From contig CBDCYI010000011.1 in assembly GCA_965224085.1 (NCBI GenBank), positions 1,408,001 through 1,472,000 on the forward strand: 64,000 bases of DNA, in the 5' to 3' direction. The stretch's first letter is position 1; every line of letters starts with the position of its first letter. This DNA is from Candidatus Marinacidobacterales bacterium. GTDB taxonomy: Bacteria > Acidobacteriota > Vicinamibacteria > Marinacidobacterales > SMYC01. Positions 59,460 to 64,000 of the stretch are shown here, piece by piece. The notes beneath the pieces were generated by a model. That model worked only from the letters and a program-made list of their open reading frames with translations, was not told where the DNA came from and made no database searches. The translations under genes were made by a program, and so were the position numbers.

Positions 59460-61459
59460 CCATGTTTACCCTTTATGGGCACCCTAACGCTCGTAAGTGA
59501 CTGAATTCAAAGGAACGGGGGTTGAATTTGCCCAAAACGTAGAGACAGATATTGTGCTTTGAGCGCCATTAATACGTTGTAATCGTGGACAATGATATGT
59601 AGTATGCGTGAGGACAGGTTATGTTCTTCCGCATCGTTCGGGCCGCAGGCGGCAAAGGGGTTCAACATGAGTATGTCCGCCTGGTCGAGTCGTATCGGGA
59701 GCACGGCAAGCCGAAGCAACGCGTAGTGTGCAACTTGGGGCGCAAGGATCTCCTAGTTGCCAATCTCGACTCCCTCAATCGGTTGCTTGGGGCCGGTGAA
59801 CCGGCCGACACCGAGCGAGCAGCCGAGCAGATCGCGGGGGCAGACGCGTGGGATTGGGGTCCGATGGTGGTGACGGCGACGCTGTGGCGCGAGCTCGGAC
59901 TGGAGCAGATTCTCGACCGGCTCGGAGGCCGCGGCAAGCGCGACGGAGTGGCGCTAAGCGAGCGAGCTTTGGTGCTGGTCGCCAACCGGCTATGTGCTCC
60001 GTCAAGCGAGCACGGTCTGGCGCGCTGGCTCGAGACCGACTTCGTCTGCGACCGGCAGGGGCGGCGGTGGGTGCCGCAGTGGCGCGATGATGGGGAGCGG
60101 CGAGCGAGTCGCTCCCCGCGGGTTCGCGTGGAGTTTTGCCAACTCAAGCAATGGTACCGAACGCTCGACCAGCTGCATGCCCGCAAAGAACAGATCGAGA
60201 AAGAGCTGTTTTTGCGCTTGCGGGATCTGTTTTCGCTTGAGGTTGACATGGTGTTTTACGACCTGACGTCGACGTACTTCGAAGGTCAAGGCCCTCCGGG
60301 GCTCGGCGCCCACGGCTACAGTCGCGACCGCAGACCGCGTAACCGGCAAGTGCTTGTCGGTCTGGTGATGGTGGACGGTTGGCCGATCGCCCACCATGTT
60401 TTCGCCGGCAACTGGCGTGACGCGAAAACGGTGCCGCAGGTGCTCAACGATCTCAACGAACGATTCGGTTTGCACCGCGTGGTTTTTGTCGGCGACCGAG
60501 GGATGGTAACGAGCGACAGCCTGGCGGTGGTGCGCTCGCGCAAGCAGGGCTATCTCGTCGGGCTGCAAAGACGACGGCGCGAGGAGGTCTATCGTTACAT
60601 CGAGCGCGCCAGCGGAGAGTGGATCGACTGCCCTGGTGGCATCACGGTGAGCGAAAAAGCCGAGCCACCTAAGACTCGTGTGCAAGAAGTCCGCTCCGAG
60701 CAGTCTGGCGTGCGCATCTTCGTCGTTCACAGCGACGAAAGGCTCGCCTACGAGCGCGGGCAGAGGCTGCGGGCCATGGGACGTGCCCGTGCGGCATTCG
60801 AGGCCCTTGAGCGCCGCGTGCGCGAGGGACGATTGAAAGCCCCCGAGAAAATCGGTGCCGCCGCCGCGCGCATACAGGCACGCCACCACGGTCACCGTTA
60901 CTACGACTGGGAGTACAAAAACGCTCGCTTCCGCTTCTTCGAGCACCCGGTCAACCTCAAGCGCGAGCAAGCCTACGAGGGTAAGTACGTTATTCAAACC
61001 GAGGAGCAAAACCTCTCTCCGGTCGACGCCGTGCGCCTTTACAAGGACCTAAACGAGGTCGAGCGAGCCTTCTCATGCCTTAAGGATGTCATTGAGATGC
61101 GTCCCGTTTACCACCAGACCGATGAGCGTGTGGAGGCACATCTTTTCGTAGCTACGCTGGCCTTCCTTGTGCATCGGGCTCTTGAGAAAAAGCTCAAGGT
61201 CGCCGAACTCGACCTGTCCGCAACCGAGGCACTACAAGCGCTACGCTCGGTCCGGCTCGTCGACTTACAGCTGGGTTCTGGGCGGACCAAGCGCGTCGTC
61301 ACGCGCGGCACCGCTCGCGCCAACTCGATCCTGACTGCACTCGGAATCGTTGAACGCGACCCGCCAGCCTTCTCCGAGGAGGTGCTGTCAGCGTAGAGAC
61401 AAACCGCGGATCTCAGTCCTTTGTTTATGATGACTTAGAGACCTAAAAGGGAAACATGG
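59460..61459 (+). mobile_element. IS1634-family insertion sequence, 2000 bp
   Basis: Imperfect terminal inverted repeats CCATGTTTACCCTTT / AAAAGGGAAACATGG; GCTAGC direct repeat at 59454-59459 and 61460-61465. Confidence 0.88.
59621..61396 (+). CDS. IS1634-family DDE transposase
   Basis: YVRLVESYR..GKPKQR, FYDLTSTYFEG, GYSRD.R, VGDRGM, Y..L..VERAF..LK, RPVYH. Confidence 0.92.
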   Translation: MFFRIVRAAGGKGVQHEYVRLVESYREHGKPKQRVVCNLGRKDLLVANLDSLNRLLGAGEPADTERAAEQIAGADAWDWGPMVVTATLWRELGLEQILDRLGGRGKRDGVALSERALVLVANRLCAPSSEHGLARWLETDFVCDRQGRRWVPQWRDDGERRASRSPRVRVEFCQLKQWYRTLDQLHARKEQIEKELFLRLRDLFSLEVDMVFYDLTSTYFEGQGPPGLGAHGYSRDRRPRNRQVLVGLVMVDGWPIAHHVFAGNWRDAKTVPQVLNDLNERFGLHRVVFVGDRGMVTSDSLAVVRSRKQGYLVGLQRRRREEVYRYIERASGEWIDCPGGITVSEKAEPPKTRVQEVRSEQSGVRIFVVHSDERLAYERGQRLRAMGRARAAFEALERRVREGRLKAPEKIGAAAARIQARHHGHRYYDWEYKNARFRFFEHPVNLKREQAYEGKYVIQTEEQNLSPVDAVRLYKDLNEVERAFSCLKDVIEMRPVYHQTDERVEAHLFVATLAFLVHRALEKKLKVAELDLSATEALQALRSVRLVDLQLGSGRTKRVVTRGTARANSILTALGIVERDPPAFSEEVLSA

Positions 61460-61510
61460 GCTAGCTGTGTTATACGGAATGCTCGAACGCTACCGAAGAG
61501 GTATCCAGCT

Positions 61511-62842
61511 ATGAACGAGCAGCGCCGAGCCGGACGTGGATTCCGCTCGTGGCCATGCGCCATGACCATCGTTTTGTTTGTCGCGGCGGCTTCCGCGAAC
61601 GATGGCAGGGATGAGTCTAAAGAAAAGAGTGTAGTGGCACAGGTGCCGTCACCGCCGGAGCAGCAAGAAGAAGGCGACCAGGCGAGCGGAGCGAGCTCTC
61701 GCGGAGAGCTTCTTCGCCAGCTGCGCGCCGAGAAGTCCCAAAAGCTGAGGCCGTACAAAGTTTCGAACACGGAGACGAGGACACGCCGATGGGAGAAGGC
61801 GAAGTTTCCGACGAACTGGCTGGTCAAGGGCTGGCGCGGGATCCGGCCAGTGATCGGCGGCATGCCCTCTGGATCAGGAGCCGTATTCGGTGGAGGCTAT
61901 ATCCACGGGCTAGACGCCCAGTACGTTCAATTCCAAATCAACGGTCGGTACTCCACGCGAGGCTACACGATGTTCGACGGGCAACTCGTCTTTCCGCCTC
62001 CTCAGGTCGGCAGAAGGATCGAGTTCAAGTTGGACGGAGCTTATCGCGACCTGACGTCGCTCCGCTTCTACGGCCTGGGAAACGACTCGGCCGTCGACGA
62101 TCGGAGCACCTATCTCCTGAGGGACAAGACGTTCATGGGGTCCGCATGGCTCAACCCGCGCGGGCTTCTTTCTTTTGGGGCCCAAGGGGGCATCATCAGG
62201 GCACGCACCGACTCGGGTGATGCTGGAACCTCGCTGGAAGAGAACTTTGTCCCTGAGGACGTGCCCGGCTTCGGGCTAGAGGAGACCAATTTTGGGGTAT
62301 TCGGCGGATGGGCAGAGTTCGATCTTCGTAGCAAGTGGGAGCAACCAAACGTAGGCATCGTGTTCCGGCTCACCGCCCTCCGATACGAGGATTCGGAACT
62401 GAACCGTTTCGATTTCACTCGCGCGATCGGCGACGTGAAGGCCTATATCCCGCTTGGCCCGAAGAGCCGCATTCTAGCGCTCCGCGTCCGAGCCCAGCAC
62501 TCCAATCCCGATGAGGGGCACGAGGTCCCGTTCTATTTGATGGAGACCATCGGCGGGGCGAACACGATTCGCGGTTTCCGTGAATGGCGGTTTCGCGATC
62601 GGGGGAATCTTCTCATGAGCGCTGAATACCGATGGGAAATTTGGACCCATATCGATTTGAGCTTCTTCGTGGACGCGGGCAAGGTCTTCTTCGACACGGA
62701 CGAGCTGGACTTCGACGGCCTCAAGACAGGCTACGGCTTCGGCCTCCGGGCGCATGCCCCAGGAGGCTTTACCCTTCGCATGGACATCGCCAATAGCTTC
62801 GAGGGCTTCAAATTCCACATCGGCGGCGGTCCGAGCTTCTGA
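61511..62842 (+). CDS. Omp85/BamA-TamA superfamily beta-barrel without POTRA domains
   Basis: IGGANTIRGFREWRFRD (RGF loop-6 motif), AEYRW, F.D.GKV, GFGLR, terminal Phe; signal-like N-terminus; start uncertain. Confidence 0.82.
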   Translation: MNEQRRAGRGFRSWPCAMTIVLFVAAASANDGRDESKEKSVVAQVPSPPEQQEEGDQASGASSRGELLRQLRAEKSQKLRPYKVSNTETRTRRWEKAKFPTNWLVKGWRGIRPVIGGMPSGSGAVFGGGYIHGLDAQYVQFQINGRYSTRGYTMFDGQLVFPPPQVGRRIEFKLDGAYRDLTSLRFYGLGNDSAVDDRSTYLLRDKTFMGSAWLNPRGLLSFGAQGGIIRARTDSGDAGTSLEENFVPEDVPGFGLEETNFGVFGGWAEFDLRSKWEQPNVGIVFRLTALRYEDSELNRFDFTRAIGDVKAYIPLGPKSRILALRVRAQHSNPDEGHEVPFYLMETIGGANTIRGFREWRFRDRGNLLMSAEYRWEIWTHIDLSFFVDAGKVFFDTDELDFDGLKTGYGFGLRAHAPGGFTLRMDIANSFEGFKFHIGGGPSF

Positions 62843-62855
62843 ACAGGAGGAGACG

Positions 62856-64000
62856 ATGAGACTCGCGCCGAGACTGTTCGTGGCCGGTTTGCTCGTGAGT
62901 CATCCGAGCGCACAAGCTCAGAGATTCTATCCTGACGATCCAATCCAGCGCGACGACGACAGCCTTGACACTCCCGAGAAGCCAGCTGGAATCGAGCTCG
63001 GCGACTTGTACGATCGTTTTTCGCACATTACCAACGATTTTGGCTCCTCCGAAATCGGGAGCGAAGCGCGAAACGTCAACACTTTGGACGAGGTGCCCGA
63101 CAGCAACTGGTTTACCAATCGGCACGGGTGAATCGCATGAGTCTGGAAGAGCTCGTGCGCGGCTCCAATGTCAGTGGAGCGCCAAACCCCGACGAAACGT
63201 GGACCGTCTTCAAAGGCAAGAGCCAGGGTCTCACACCGGGGTTCGAAATCCTCGATAGCAAGGGAGACCGCTACGTCATCAAGCTGGATCCCGTGGGCGT
63301 TCCCGAACTCAGCACCGGCGCGGAAGCGATTGCCACGAAGATCTTCTACGCGATCGGCTACAACACCCCGGAGAACTATATCGTTCGTTTCGACCCCGAC
63401 AACTTCGCGATCCGGGAGGGGACACAGGTCGAAGACACCTTCGGGGACGAACAGGCTCTGACCGAATGGCGGCTGAGGCGGATGATCCGTCGGGTACCGA
63501 GGGCAGAGGACGGGACGATCCGGGTGACGGCAAGCAAGTACATTCGAGGAACACCGATAGGCCCATTTCGCTACTACGAGACCCGGAGCGACGACCCCAA
63601 CGACATCATCTCGCACGAAGACCGCCGGGAGCTGCGCGGCCTCAGGCTCTTCGCCGCGTGGACCAATCACGACGACACACGAGCTCAGAATACCCAGTCC
63701 ACTTGGATCGAAGAGGACGGCAGGCACTTCGTGCGGCACTACTTGCTCGACTTTGGATCTACTTTCGGAAGCGGTTCCGTCGACATGCAGTTTCCGAACC
63801 TGAGCTTCACCTACTGGCTGGACTTCGGCGAGGTGAAGAGGAACACATTCGGCTTTGGATTTCGTGTTCCGAAGTACCGCCACGTCAAATGGCCGTCCTA
63901 TCCGGAATATCAGGCGGTAGGGCGGTGGGAGGGAGAAGCCTTCGATTGCCTCGGTTGGCGCAACGATTATCCCAACCCGGCCTTCGTTCGTATGATGCCG
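62856..64000 (+). CDS. Secreted atypical kinase-fold protein, 1-bp frameshift at 63126-63131, runs off the window
   Basis: AGGAGG RBS, signal peptide, DEVPDSNWFTNR; after adding one G: KSQGLTPGF, YVIK, GAE, NHDDTRAQN, YLLDFG; frame open to 64000. Confidence 0.7.

Noticed and set aside
63126-63131. TGA as selenocysteine or read-through codon, given the senB-like gene
   Set aside because: Continuation needs a frame change (a second in-frame TGA follows two codons later); a missing G in a G-run explains it
1-64000. CRISPR arrays, rRNA, prophage, defence systems, DGR, and the many long antisense ORFs (e.g. 6438-7574, 7643-8701, 40006-41025, 60002-61009)
   Set aside because: No repeat-spacer periodicity or hallmark genes seen; antisense ORFs are shadow frames of well-supported genes in GC-rich DNA

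Overview
GC-rich chromosomal window from a diderm bacterium (BamD, Omp85, MltF); gene families and order suggest Acidobacteriota, possibly Vicinamibacteria-like (inference). It holds a glycan-biosynthesis region (GT2, orphan SenB-like selenosugar synthase, ECF42/DGPF pair, PilZ, two GT4, WcaJ, UDP-GlcA decarboxylase), a TAXI-TRAP/creatininase-family locus, catabolic genes, a Tat-less molybdoenzyme with a fused FeS-NrfD partner, a DUF349 protein, CopA, def-fmt...rsmB-PASTA-rpe, bamD, tRNA-Gly(CCC), ald and hrcA-grpE-dnaK-dnaJ-prmA-rsmE. There are two IS elements with definable ends: IS200-type at 35581-36119 and IS1634 at 59460-61459. At least seven genes are damaged by different lesion types (5-bp duplication, internal deletion, truncation, IS insertion, 121-bp templated insertion, small indels); some may be sequencing errors. 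Best candidate for an undescribed system: a POTRA-less Omp85 barrel coupled to a secreted atypical kinase-fold protein (61511-64000). All calls come from motif reading; no database search was run.
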